From IMG/VR virus record IMGVR_UViG_3300037634_003294, positions 1 through 33,600 of that record: DNA of 33,600 nt, one strand, 5' to 3'. Shown here piece after piece: positions 19,898-27,134 of this stretch. Positions within the stretch are counted from its first letter, which is position 1; every line of letters begins with the position of its first letter. The notes under the pieces were generated by a model, which did not search any database, had not been told where the DNA came from, and saw nothing but the letters and a program-made list of their open reading frames with translations. The DNA is from a virus. Its lineage: Duplodnaviria; Caudoviricetes. Made by a program: the position numbers and the translations under genes.

Positions 19898-20689
19898 TTA
19901 GTGGGAGAAGGAAACAGGAAGTAAGTCCCGCTTAGGGGCGAAGTCTGCTTTAGGGTTCATTTCATAGTAGAAATTGATGCGAGTTTGGAACTTTTTAAAC
20001 CATGACTCCAAGTCCTCGCTATTCATAGTGACGGCCTTCCATCCTTTGCGGGTCCTAGCACCAACAGCAAGGATAACTGCTGCATCGCACTCTTTACCTG
20101 TCATCTCTCTGTACGCGTTCCAGTACGCTGCTATTTGGAGTCGATACTTGTCGTAGACGTCTTTACCGGATTTCCAATCACAGATGACAAGGTTTCCTCC
20201 GATCTTTGCGATAGCATCAACTGTTCCCGCATAACCCCATTCCTTAGAGTAAAGTTCCGTCTCCAGCTCAATAAACTCCGGAGCGGATTCCGCATGCCAC
20301 TCCATATAGTTACAGATTCTCTTCCACTCGAAATCATCAAAATTCTTTTTCTCCATCTCATCTCCCTCCTCTTTAGAATACCAATGCAAATCCAAACCTC
20401 TATTGTAATCCTCAATCGCTTTATGAACGCTGGTTCCACGCTCAGCAGCCATGTAGAGAGCAAACCTGGCCCCGTCGATACCTTTACTTTGAACTTCTTC
20501 TGCTTTGAACTGTTCGAGGAATGGGTTCTTTGGTTCTGTGGCATCGGCGATAGAGGTTACTGATGGATAGAATGCCTCAAAGTCTTCTTTGAAGCCGTCC
20601 TTTTTCTTTTCAATAATATGATACACCCTCTTGTCGATTGTGTATCGCTTCTCGATGGAAGCTTTAGGTTGGTTCTTTTTATCAGCCAT
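19898..20689 (-). CDS. PD-(D/E)XK (RecB/Cas4-like) phage exonuclease
   Basis: 'YPSVTSI', 'AERGTSVHKAIE', 'E..LYS...YAGTVDAI...ICDWKSG', 'QIAAY'; start re-assigned to ATG 20689. Confidence 0.88.
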   Translation of the reverse strand: MADKKNQPKASIEKRYTIDKRVYHIIEKKKDGFKEDFEAFYPSVTSIADATEPKNPFLEQFKAEEVQSKGIDGARFALYMAAERGTSVHKAIEDYNRGLDLHWYSKEEGDEMEKKNFDDFEWKRICNYMEWHAESAPEFIELETELYSKEWGYAGTVDAIAKIGGNLVICDWKSGKDVYDKYRLQIAAYWNAYREMTGKECDAAVILAVGARTRKGWKAVTMNSEDLESWFKKFQTRINFYYEMNPKADFAPKRDLLPVSFSH

Positions 20690-20691
20690 AG

Positions 20692-20838
20692 TTAGAAAAT
20701 GATAAGTAATAAGCAAAGTATTGTGAGAGCAACGACTACTGTACGTAGTCCCCTCACCTCACGCCTCAGCGAAGAGTTTCGCATAGCCACCCTTGCGGCT
20801 CGTCTCTCTAAAGACATATTGTTAGATGTGTTTTCCAT
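20692..20838 (-). CDS. Small membrane protein (48 aa; not in ORF track)
   Basis: MENTSNNMSLERRAARVAMRNSSLRREVRGLRTVVVALTILCLLLIIF; ATG lies 8 nt after a -10 box, stop 2 nt before the nuclease ATG. Confidence 0.6.
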   Translation of the reverse strand: MENTSNNMSLERRAARVAMRNSSLRREVRGLRTVVVALTILCLLLIIF

Positions 20839-20846
20839 ATAGGGGC

Positions 20847-20875
20847 ACTGTACAGTACCCCTGTACACTGTGCAA
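20847..20875 (-). promoter_or_regulatory. Sigma70-type promoter TTGCAC-17-TACAGT with operator (GTAC-CCCT-GTAC)
   Basis: Near-identical to the 18604-18632 promoter (spacers differ at 1 of 17 positions). Confidence 0.7.
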
Positions 20876-20883
20876 GTGTTTAC

Positions 20884-21549
20884 TTACTGAGGGATAACTC
20901 GTGCAACTGTAGCGTTGCATGAAGTGTTATCCTCTCTATCCATAAAGAATAAATCACCGCGCTTAGTCCAACGCGCGTTCATTGTATCTTCAAGTGAGAA
21001 GACACCCCTACATTTTGGATTGTCCGATTGGAGTAGTACCTTGTCGTGGTACGCAAAGACCCCCATGTTCATCATATCCTGGGAGAGAGCGATGACCCTA
21101 TCACCTTCTTTAGCAGCTACGCACACGTCGCGTAGTGATGCTCCGATACAAGGTGATGCGTCAGTCTGTCCAACCTCCGGGTTGTACGACGTGACATAGA
21201 TTGAATACTCTGGACCAAGGTTTAAGCTCGATGCCGCAATATCAGATTCTAATGTACGTATTGTATCGCGGGCCAAGTTTGCCAGCTCTACTTGTCTGTT
21301 CATAATAGATAAAGCACCCGTCCCATAGTCCGTACAGTGAGTCCGGAACAGAGACGCTTGCTTGTGCCATTCCTCTTTTCGCTCTGCGAGTCTGCGTGTG
21401 TGATATGCAATCTCTTCATCTCTTTGAGACTGTGGCATAACACCTTCTGCCAAAGCTACAGGTGGTACGCCAGTACCTTTAATAAGAGCGAGACCAAATA
21501 CCAAAAGGAATAGCAGTATGCCGATGAGGGGTAGTGTGTTTCTTTTCAT
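20884..21549 (-). CDS. Membrane-anchored 3D-domain (MltA/RlpA-like) protein
   Basis: N-terminal TM, coiled-coil linker, C-terminal 'VTSYNPEVGQTDASPCIGAS...IALSQD...EDTMNARWTKRGDLFF'. Confidence 0.75.
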   Translation of the reverse strand: MKRNTLPLIGILLFLLVFGLALIKGTGVPPVALAEGVMPQSQRDEEIAYHTRRLAERKEEWHKQASLFRTHCTDYGTGALSIMNRQVELANLARDTIRTLESDIAASSLNLGPEYSIYVTSYNPEVGQTDASPCIGASLRDVCVAAKEGDRVIALSQDMMNMGVFAYHDKVLLQSDNPKCRGVFSLEDTMNARWTKRGDLFFMDREDNTSCNATVARVIPQ

Positions 21550-21589
21550 GTGTGTGAGTATGTAACGAGTAAAACAAGTCTTCATAGAA

Positions 21590-21694
21590 TTAGTAAACGT
21601 ATGGAATAAGATTCAGCGTACCAGATACGCCGAGCAAATATCCAATGATACCATGTAATGAAATGATGCCGATGTATAGTATGTATTTTGTCAT
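21590..21694 (-). CDS. Small hydrophobic peptide (34 aa; not in ORF track)
   Basis: MTKYILYIGIISLHGIIGYLLGVSGTLNLIPYVY; fills an operon gap. Confidence 0.4.
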   Translation of the reverse strand: MTKYILYIGIISLHGIIGYLLGVSGTLNLIPYVY

Positions 21695-21719
21695 GTGTGT
21701 ATTGTTTATTATTGTCTAA

Positions 21720-21806
21720 CTACTGCGCATCGCGTTCTCTTTCGGCGATGCACTTTGGATGCCTACATGAATGGCAGTCCTCAATAGCGCATGTGCACTT
21801 TTGCAT
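21720..21806 (-). CDS. Small Cys-rich peptide (28 aa)
   Basis: MQKCTCAIEDCHSCRHPKCIAERERDAQ; first ORF downstream of the strong promoter at 21837-21866. Confidence 0.4.
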   Translation of the reverse strand: MQKCTCAIEDCHSCRHPKCIAERERDAQ

Positions 21807-21836
21807 AAGGTGGAGGGGAAAAGAATGAATACAATC

Positions 21837-21866
21837 ATTGTACACTATACAGGTGTACAGTGTCAA
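21837..21866 (-). promoter_or_regulatory. Sigma70-type promoter TTGACA-18-TACAAT with operator CACTATACA-GG-TGTACAGTG
   Basis: Consensus -35; near-perfect 20-bp palindrome at 21843-21862 fills the spacer. Confidence 0.78.
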
Positions 21867-21870
21867 TAGC

Positions 21871-22305
21871 TTAATCGAAGCTGTAATGGTCAACCATGCC
21901 ACTTCCTTGGCATTGGGGGCACGTCCTCCGTTCATGGCGCACATTACCAGGGCTTCTCCGTTGCCTCGTCCGTGTATGCCGGACACGACCTTCAGCTTGT
22001 TTGTTGGCATTTGCCTGTGCCCGCTTGAACGCATCTACCAAATCATCAACGTCTTGGTCTCCGGACCAACCACCATCAAATCCTCTCATACCTTGCCTGT
22101 GGAAAACCTGCTCCGGCTCACCCATACCCTTACCGTCTTTCAATAACTCATACGCTGCATTTATTTTTTTATAAGTTTCCTCACTCCCGCCTCTATCCAG
22201 GTGATGCAGCTTACTCAATTTTCTGTACGCTGCTTTAATATCATCTAAGCTTGCGCCCCTATCTAAATCTAAGATGTCATACGCGTCACCCCGTTCCTTT
22301 GACAT
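21871..22305 (-). CDS. J-domain (DnaJ-like) protein with HLD instead of HPD and one CxxCxGxG repeat
   Basis: 'AYDILDLDRGASLDDIKAAYRKLSKLHHLDRGGSEETYKKINAAYELL'; C-terminal 'CPQCQGSG'. Confidence 0.85.
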   Translation of the reverse strand: MSKERGDAYDILDLDRGASLDDIKAAYRKLSKLHHLDRGGSEETYKKINAAYELLKDGKGMGEPEQVFHRQGMRGFDGGWSGDQDVDDLVDAFKRAQANANKQAEGRVRHTRTRQRRSPGNVRHERRTCPQCQGSGMVDHYSFD

Positions 22306-22513
22306 GTGGACGAGGTGTATCAATGATGACTTCTATAAACCCGTCCGGCGTGTGGATAACTTTAACAATCTCTGCAAGTACACCCCCTTTTTCCAATTCC
22401 TCGCTTTTCTCGCTCTTCATAAAATCTCCAACACGGGGGTCGGTGAAGAGTTTTGAAGCAAAAACTTCCTCTTTGAGACTTTTATCCAATGGTGTTACTG
22501 TTATCTGTAGCAT
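22286..22513 (-). CDS. Hypothetical protein
   Basis: 75 aa from ATG 22513; overlaps the J-domain gene start. Confidence 0.55.
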   Translation of the reverse strand: MLQITVTPLDKSLKEEVFASKLFTDPRVGDFMKSEKSEELEKGGVLAEIVKVIHTPDGFIEVIIDTPRPHVKGTG

Positions 22514-22548
22514 TGTATGTATTGTAGTCTGTTGGATAGCACTATGCA

Positions 22549-22567
22549 AATGTACACCCTGTACATT
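22549..22567. promoter_or_regulatory. Perfect palindrome AATGTACA-CCC-TGTACATT (operator variant, 3-bp centre)
   Basis: Same TGTACA half-sites as the other operators; upstream of the 22513 gene. Confidence 0.55.
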
Positions 22568-22595
22568 ACGAATCCCAATTTGAGTTTTTCAGTGG

Positions 22596-22648
22596 GGTTT
22601 ACAATGTGACCCCCAAGGGTTTACAAAGTTATTTTTGCTGGTTTACAA
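22596..22648 (+). repeat. Three direct repeats GGTTTACAA at exact 22-bp spacing
   Basis: Copies at 22596, 22618 and 22640 in intergenic DNA. Confidence 0.85.
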
Positions 22649-22685
22649 AAACGCCCACGTACCAAAAGTGATTGATACATGGGCG
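22645..22685 (-). terminator. Rho-independent terminator ending the early-type operon
   Basis: Minus strand CGCCCATGTATCAA-tcactt-TTGGTACGTGGGCG (14-bp stem with two G-U pairs) followed by TTTTTGT. Confidence 0.7.
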
Positions 22686-22719
22686 CGGCGGCGTGGGGAA
22701 ATATTTGGCGACTAGCGGG

Positions 22720-22923
22720 CTAAGCGGCGGCGGCGGCGGCGGCCTCCCCTGGAAATTTTTCCTTGACGTTTTGATTTTTTAGGTTCTTGCGCGCTATCTC
22801 TTCCGCCATGAGCCGACGCAAAACGTCTGTGAAGTTTGCCGCCGGGTCCAGCTTCCGGGCCTCGTTGAGTAGTGTTTGTTTGTTTTCCTCGTCTTGAGGG
22901 TACATATTAAAAAGATATTTCAT
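22720..22923 (-). CDS. Small hypothetical protein (possible ribbon-helix-helix), poly-Ala tail
   Basis: MKYLFNMYP...LLNEARK...FTDVLRRLMAEEI beta-alpha-alpha pattern; start at ATG 22923. Confidence 0.45.
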   Translation of the reverse strand: MKYLFNMYPQDEENKQTLLNEARKLDPAANFTDVLRRLMAEEIARKNLKNQNVKEKFPGEAAAAAAA

Positions 22924-22945
22924 ACAGTAATGAGTAAAAGGATAT

Positions 22946-22978
22946 AAAAAAAGCCCTACAAAGTAAACTCTGTAGGGC
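22946..22978 (-). terminator. Rho-independent terminator
   Basis: Minus strand GCCCTACAGAG-ttta-CTTTGTAGGGC followed by T7; 10 nt after the stop at 22989. Confidence 0.8.
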
Positions 22979-22988
22979 GCCGGTGCTT

Positions 22989-23744
22989 TTAGTTTGTGGC
23001 AATGTCCAGCTGATGTTGGCAATACTTTCTAATGATGGCCGGAATGTCGCGCTTCAATATGTCCGTATCAAAGCCGCTTATACCGTCGACGCCTTCGCGC
23101 CATAGCTCGCCAATCATCCCTTTTACGTAAAGCGACGTTGGCACCTCTTCGCAAGCGTTCACCAGGAGACGCGGGACGTAGTATTTTTCTTCTATATGGT
23201 CCCGTATGTGTTGGCCGTCCGTGTTGCCTATTATCTTGCAACAAGCCCAACAATCGCCGCCGGAAGGCGCGGGCACCTGGCCCGCCAGTAGTGCCGCCGT
23301 GAAGTCGTGCGCGTACCTGTTGCAAGCTTTACGCTCTTTTTGGCGCGCGTCGTGCTTAGTCTTGCTTAAAGTTCCCTTTAGAGTTCCTTTTGGCGTTACT
23401 TGCATACCGTCGGCGTATACGTCCCCGTTGATATACCACTCCCCGGCTTTTTGGTTCACCTGGTAGCCAGAAGGTAGGTATTCATTAATCCGGCTTTTGG
23501 TCGTACTGGTACGCCAACCGCCAGAATTAAGAGTAATGGCCCCGGAAGAGTGAAAAATGAGTATATCCGTAGCGTGTAGCTGTATCGCTATACTCTTTTC
23601 GTCGCGGCGTATTGCGCGCGTGTTGTTTTTTCTTCCTGGTGCCGGCCTGGAATCCTTAGTAGCAAGATACGCGTCAAGCGTCTTGTACGTCATGGGATTG
23701 TTTCGCGGGTCGTGTGTACTAAACCCGCTATTGCTATTTGCCAT
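22989..23744 (-). CDS. Hypothetical early phage protein
   Basis: About 251 aa; 'IQLHATDI...ITLNSGGWRTSTTKSRINEYL' is a pattern common in phage early genes; start uncertain (23744 or 23693). Confidence 0.7.
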   Translation of the reverse strand: MANSNSGFSTHDPRNNPMTYKTLDAYLATKDSRPAPGRKNNTRAIRRDEKSIAIQLHATDILIFHSSGAITLNSGGWRTSTTKSRINEYLPSGYQVNQKAGEWYINGDVYADGMQVTPKGTLKGTLSKTKHDARQKERKACNRYAHDFTAALLAGQVPAPSGGDCWACCKIIGNTDGQHIRDHIEEKYYVPRLLVNACEEVPTSLYVKGMIGELWREGVDGISGFDTDILKRDIPAIIRKYCQHQLDIATN

Positions 23745-23826
23745 AATCCTATGGTGTGAAAGAAACAAAAGTAGTGCAAGTGCACCGGGAGACGCGGAAC
23801 ATGGTCCGCGCTACCCGCTACCCTCT

Positions 23827-24132
23827 TTAGTCGTTGTAGCCCTCTTCTACTATCCCTTGCGCGTCCAAGGTGGCAATTTTCGCTTCGTGTACTAACGAAA
23901 CTGTTAACAGGTCCATGCCTTCCGCCTCTTCTATCTCTTCAAATTTTGCAATAAGGGCAAGGCAAGACGCGAGAAGTTCCGGCGCGGCGGCTATCAATAA
24001 GCCATTAGCTTTTTGTGGTACCCCATTAATAGGCAAGTGATCTATCATTTTGGCCAGTAGTAAGCTTGTTTTTTCGTGTCTGATATTTATGCCATTTTCA
24101 AGCTTCCATGGTCCTGGAGTGTGATTTTTCAT
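23827..24132 (-). CDS. Hypothetical early phage protein ('HTPGPW...NA.LIAAAPELL' family)
   Basis: Recognisable widespread phage motif HTPGPW...LIAAAPELL. Confidence 0.8.
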   Translation of the reverse strand: MKNHTPGPWKLENGINIRHEKTSLLLAKMIDHLPINGVPQKANGLLIAAAPELLASCLALIAKFEEIEEAEGMDLLTVSLVHEAKIATLDAQGIVEEGYND

Positions 24133-24134
24133 AA

Positions 24135-24857
24135 TTATGAACGGTAAAGAATAGGAACGTGGTTTTTAATAAACTTTTTAAGCTTGCTTTGCTTCCGGTT
24201 TAAGTGCTCTTGTACCGCGTCGGTCATCAAGTCCAGTAAATAGTCATCATCAACGCAAGTACTTGTATATCGTGTATCTACGTCCAGGACGTGGCTATTT
24301 CCTACGCCGTAAATATCATTAATCAATTTAACATTGAGTAAATAATGTAAATGATCTTTTACTGACGCCTCCGGCGTTTCGTCCGGGCCGGCGTCTTGCA
24401 TCTCCTGGATTGACTCATAACGAAACATTCCTTCGCCGTTGATAATTTCCATAGTAGCAAGCGCAAGCGCCGTATCGCTTCCGTCGATGGTTATAACTTC
24501 GCTCCCGGCTTCAAATATAGCGTGTTTTATAGCTTCCGGGTCATCCGTTATCATGCTTATATTTTCGGCCCACGTATCCAGGACGTATTGCAAAGCAGAG
24601 TCTTGCGCGTCGTAATATGCATTTTCTTCCGCGCTATCATTGGCCCAACGTAGGGCCGTTTCAAGTTCCTGGACCAGTTCCGGGTCTTCTATGTCATCAT
24701 ATTGAATACCTAGTATTCCTTTTGCTGGATAGTGATATTCTACGTCGGACCAGTCCGGGCTATACCCGGAATCAAACATATCCAGCTCATACCGCGGCGT
24801 AAATCCTTCAATACGCGCGTGCTCTATGTATTCTTTTAATGGTATTGATAGTTTCAT
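24135..24857 (-). CDS. Highly acidic hypothetical protein
   Basis: 240 aa, D/E-dominated, with a short basic C-terminus. Confidence 0.7.
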   Translation of the reverse strand: MKLSIPLKEYIEHARIEGFTPRYELDMFDSGYSPDWSDVEYHYPAKGILGIQYDDIEDPELVQELETALRWANDSAEENAYYDAQDSALQYVLDTWAENISMITDDPEAIKHAIFEAGSEVITIDGSDTALALATMEIINGEGMFRYESIQEMQDAGPDETPEASVKDHLHYLLNVKLINDIYGVGNSHVLDVDTRYTSTCVDDDYLLDLMTDAVQEHLNRKQSKLKKFIKNHVPILYRS

Positions 24858-24882
24858 TATAGAATAGTGTGTAAAAAATAAA

Positions 24883-25224
24883 TTATTCTTCGTCGTCGTC
24901 TTCTTCTTCGTCGTCGTCTTCTTCTTCGTCGTCGTCTTCTTCTTCGTCGTCGTCTTCTTCTTCGTCTTCTAAGCTTTCGGCTATTAAGCTTTCGGCTATT
25001 TCTTGCCAGTTGACGTTGGACATAAAGGCCCGCGCGTAGCTGATAGCGATATGATCGCTTGGAATTTCGCCGTACCCGGTGATTATCTCTTCTGCTTGCT
25101 CTTCCAGGTGTTGCGATAATTTGTAGGCGTCTCTTTCGCCTTCTATTTCGTATCCGTCAAATATTTCCAGGTTGATACGCCAGGTGGCGTAGTTGGTCCA
25201 GCCGTTGTAAGTTGTATCGCTCAT
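24883..25224 (-). CDS. Early phage protein ('YNGWTNYATW' family) with poly-D/E tail
   Basis: Start re-assigned to ATG 25224 (TAATG coupling); ends in (EEEDDD)n. Confidence 0.8.
   Translation of the reverse strand: MSDTTYNGWTNYATWRINLEIFDGYEIEGERDAYKLSQHLEEQAEEIITGYGEIPSDHIAISYARAFMSNVNWQEIAESLIAESLEDEEEDDDEEEDDDEEEDDDEEEDDDEE
24886..24966. repeat. Perfect 18-bp tandem repeat TTCTTCTTCGTCGTCGTC x4.5 (plus a 15-bp duplication at 24970-24999)
   Basis: Direct reading; encodes the acidic tail and IAESL-IAESL. Confidence 0.95.
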
Positions 25225-25379
25225 TAGTAGATTGATGGAATAAAGATAAAATGAAGTTTTGCCATAATAAACCCTACCAGGTACGCGCCGCCTATTGTGA
25301 ACGTGTACGCAATAGCTAGGAAGGAAAAAAAACAAATCCGTTGTTCGTGCCGTTGTTGTGGTGTGAGTCGTGCGCGCAT
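25224..25379 (-). CDS. Small membrane protein (51 aa; not in ORF track)
   Basis: MRARLTPQQRHEQRICFFSFLAIAYTFTIGGAYLVGFIMAKLHFIFIPSIY; tightly coupled on both sides. Confidence 0.55.
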   Translation of the reverse strand: MRARLTPQQRHEQRICFFSFLAIAYTFTIGGAYLVGFIMAKLHFIFIPSIY

Positions 25380-25381
25380 AA

Positions 25382-25522
25382 TTATACAATGTGGAAACGC
25401 CACTTTGTCCCGGTGGCCATTGATAAATAATCAGCTAGAACACTTCGCGCCTCTTTTATAGAGTCGTAAGTGTCCATTATTTCCGGCTCTAGGCCGTCGT
25501 ATATTCCCACTATTTTGAACAT
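25382..25522 (-). CDS. Small hypothetical protein (46 aa; not in ORF track)
   Basis: MFKIVGIYDGLEPEIMDTYDSIKEARSVLADYLSMATGTKWRFHIV; first ORF after the leftward promoter. Confidence 0.6.
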   Translation of the reverse strand: MFKIVGIYDGLEPEIMDTYDSIKEARSVLADYLSMATGTKWRFHIV

Positions 25523-25560
25523 GTGCGTATGTTTGGAAATGAATAAAAAGGAATATCTCT

Positions 25561-25626
25561 ATCATATATCAGTTATATATATAACACAATAGCATATTTA
25601 CAGATTGCCCCATAATGGCCTATAAT
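25561..25626. promoter_or_regulatory. Divergent promoters: TTGTGT-17-TATGAT (-, 25561-25589) and TTTACA-18-TATAAT (+, 25597-25626)
   Basis: Lie between the early operon and terS; perfect palindrome GTTATATATATAAC (25572-25585) overlaps the leftward spacer. Confidence 0.65.
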
Positions 25627-25635
25627 AGCCGTATT

Positions 25636-26178
25636 ATGAACGTAATTACAGATAATACACCTTCAGTACCCACCATTTCGCCTACTACGCCGGGTCTTAA
25701 CGAAAAAGCCTCTCCTATTACAGTTCCGCTTCCGGAAGGAATGGAATATACCCAGGAGGAGCTTGTGTTCTGTTCTGAGTTCGTTCGTACGGGTAGCGCG
25801 CCGGAAGCGTTAACAAATACTGGATATAAGGCTAAGAATAAAAATACACTAGCGGCGGCCGCTTCCAGAATGAAGGCAAAGCCTAAAATTGTCGCGCTTG
25901 TTAAAAGAATACGTGAAGGTGTAAGGATTGATGAGACGGAATGGCATAGATCAATAGAGGATAAAATAAGACAAACTCCGGATGACGAGTTCAAACACGA
26001 TCACTGGATTAAGTTGATGACCTTAATCGGTAAAGCTAAAGGCTACATCAAAGACGGTAAGAACAATGTCCAGGTGGGTACAATGAATTTGATTCAAATT
26101 AAATCCGGAACCAAAGGGGACGCAAAACAAAAGATGGACGCGGCAAAAGAGGTGATAGACATTAAAGCAACTACTTAA
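25636..26178 (+). CDS. Terminase small subunit-like protein
   Basis: 'TQEELVFCSEFVRTGSAPEALTNTGYK...AAAASRMKAKPKIVALV' TerS HTH pattern and 'LMTLIGKAKGY' oligomerisation motif; start re-assigned downstream of the -10. Confidence 0.7.
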   Translation: MNVITDNTPSVPTISPTTPGLNEKASPITVPLPEGMEYTQEELVFCSEFVRTGSAPEALTNTGYKAKNKNTLAAAASRMKAKPKIVALVKRIREGVRIDETEWHRSIEDKIRQTPDDEFKHDHWIKLMTLIGKAKGYIKDGKNNVQVGTMNLIQIKSGTKGDAKQKMDAAKEVIDIKATT

Positions 26179-27061
26179 TCAATGGCGCCGTGAATGCATC
26201 GTTAAACGTGTTTTGCGCGTCATCATCGGTTATATGTAGATAGCGTTGTGTTGTGGTAATTGATTCATGACCCATTATTTTGCGTACCGCTTCCACGTCT
26301 CCTGTACGCCGTACAGCCATTGTTGCGAACGTGTGGCGTAGTGTATGCGGCGTTATATCTTTATTAAATCCACAACGTTTAGCGTACTTCTTTACTATCT
26401 GATACAGCCGGCTATCTTTAATCGGAAATAGCTTTTTGTCGTCGTCTAGTGGGTCCCAGCGCCTATTCTTCATATACCGTTTTATAGCCGCTATTGCTTC
26501 CGGCGTAAGGAACACAAAGCGTTCTTTCCCGCCTTTCCCCTCGGTTATCTTTATGCGCTTACTATCCCACTGTATAGCGTCTCTACTGATGGATAGTACT
26601 TCACTACGCCGCAATCCTGTAGTAAGCATTAATAGAATGATGGCGTGGTCTCTTGTGTTGCATTCCGTTTCAAGTAATAAATGTTCGACTTCTTCTTCCG
26701 TGAGTATGTCCGTTGCTGGCTTCTTATTGCGTACTGACTCTATTTCCCTATGCGATATAATCTTATTACAGTCTACACCGGGGCCGTGTACAGCCGCCTT
26801 TATAGCGCATCGAAACAATGTAAGTACAAGGTTTGTGCTAGATGGTTCATATTCCCGGCGTAATAGACGATCATATATTACGCTTAGATCATCGCGTGCC
26901 AGTTCGTCTACAGGCATCGTGTGGCCTTCCGGGTATACCTCGTGGAATATACGTTGACTATTCCGGTACGCCTTAAGTGTGCGGGGCTTACAACCTCTAT
27001 TCTTAGAAGCTGATATATAGTCATTGATAGCCGTGTGTACGGTGTAGCGTGTGTGGTCCAT
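26171..27061 (-). CDS. XerC/D-like tyrosine recombinase
   Basis: 296 aa from ATG 27061; catalytic R (TGLRRSE), K (GKGGKER), HxxR (PHTLRHTFAT), H (MGH), Y (TTQRY); no arm-binding domain. Confidence 0.93.
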   Translation of the reverse strand: MDHTRYTVHTAINDYISASKNRGCKPRTLKAYRNSQRIFHEVYPEGHTMPVDELARDDLSVIYDRLLRREYEPSSTNLVLTLFRCAIKAAVHGPGVDCNKIISHREIESVRNKKPATDILTEEEVEHLLLETECNTRDHAIILLMLTTGLRRSEVLSISRDAIQWDSKRIKITEGKGGKERFVFLTPEAIAAIKRYMKNRRWDPLDDDKKLFPIKDSRLYQIVKKYAKRCGFNKDITPHTLRHTFATMAVRRTGDVEAVRKIMGHESITTTQRYLHITDDDAQNTFNDAFTAPLIK

Positions 27062-27114
27062 AGTGTGGGGTGTGGTAAGTAGTAGAGAGTAATACATACT
27101 ATGCCGTTGCATAG

Positions 27115-27134
27115 CACTGAACACCTGTACCCCG
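27115..27134. promoter_or_regulatory. Operator variant CACTGAACA-CC-TGTACCCCG upstream of the recombinase
   Basis: Core GAAC-ACCT-GTAC; a related half-site (ATAGCAATGTACACCT) lies at 27222-27237. Confidence 0.5.

Noticed and set aside
23755-23826. Hairpins (CGCGGA-N6-TCCGCG; GTGCA-NN-TGCAC) suggesting an ncRNA or riboswitch
   Set aside because: Short stems only and no recognisable family; would need an Infernal/Rfam search and covariation evidence.
25371-25398. GCGCGCATAA-TTATAC... resembling a dif left arm
   Set aside because: Right arm does not match TTATGTTAAAT, and the sequence is the stop/start junction of two small ORFs.
25615-25644. TATAA-N8-TTATG as a second cer-like site
   Set aside because: Outer arm bases do not match; explained by the terS -10 box and start codon.
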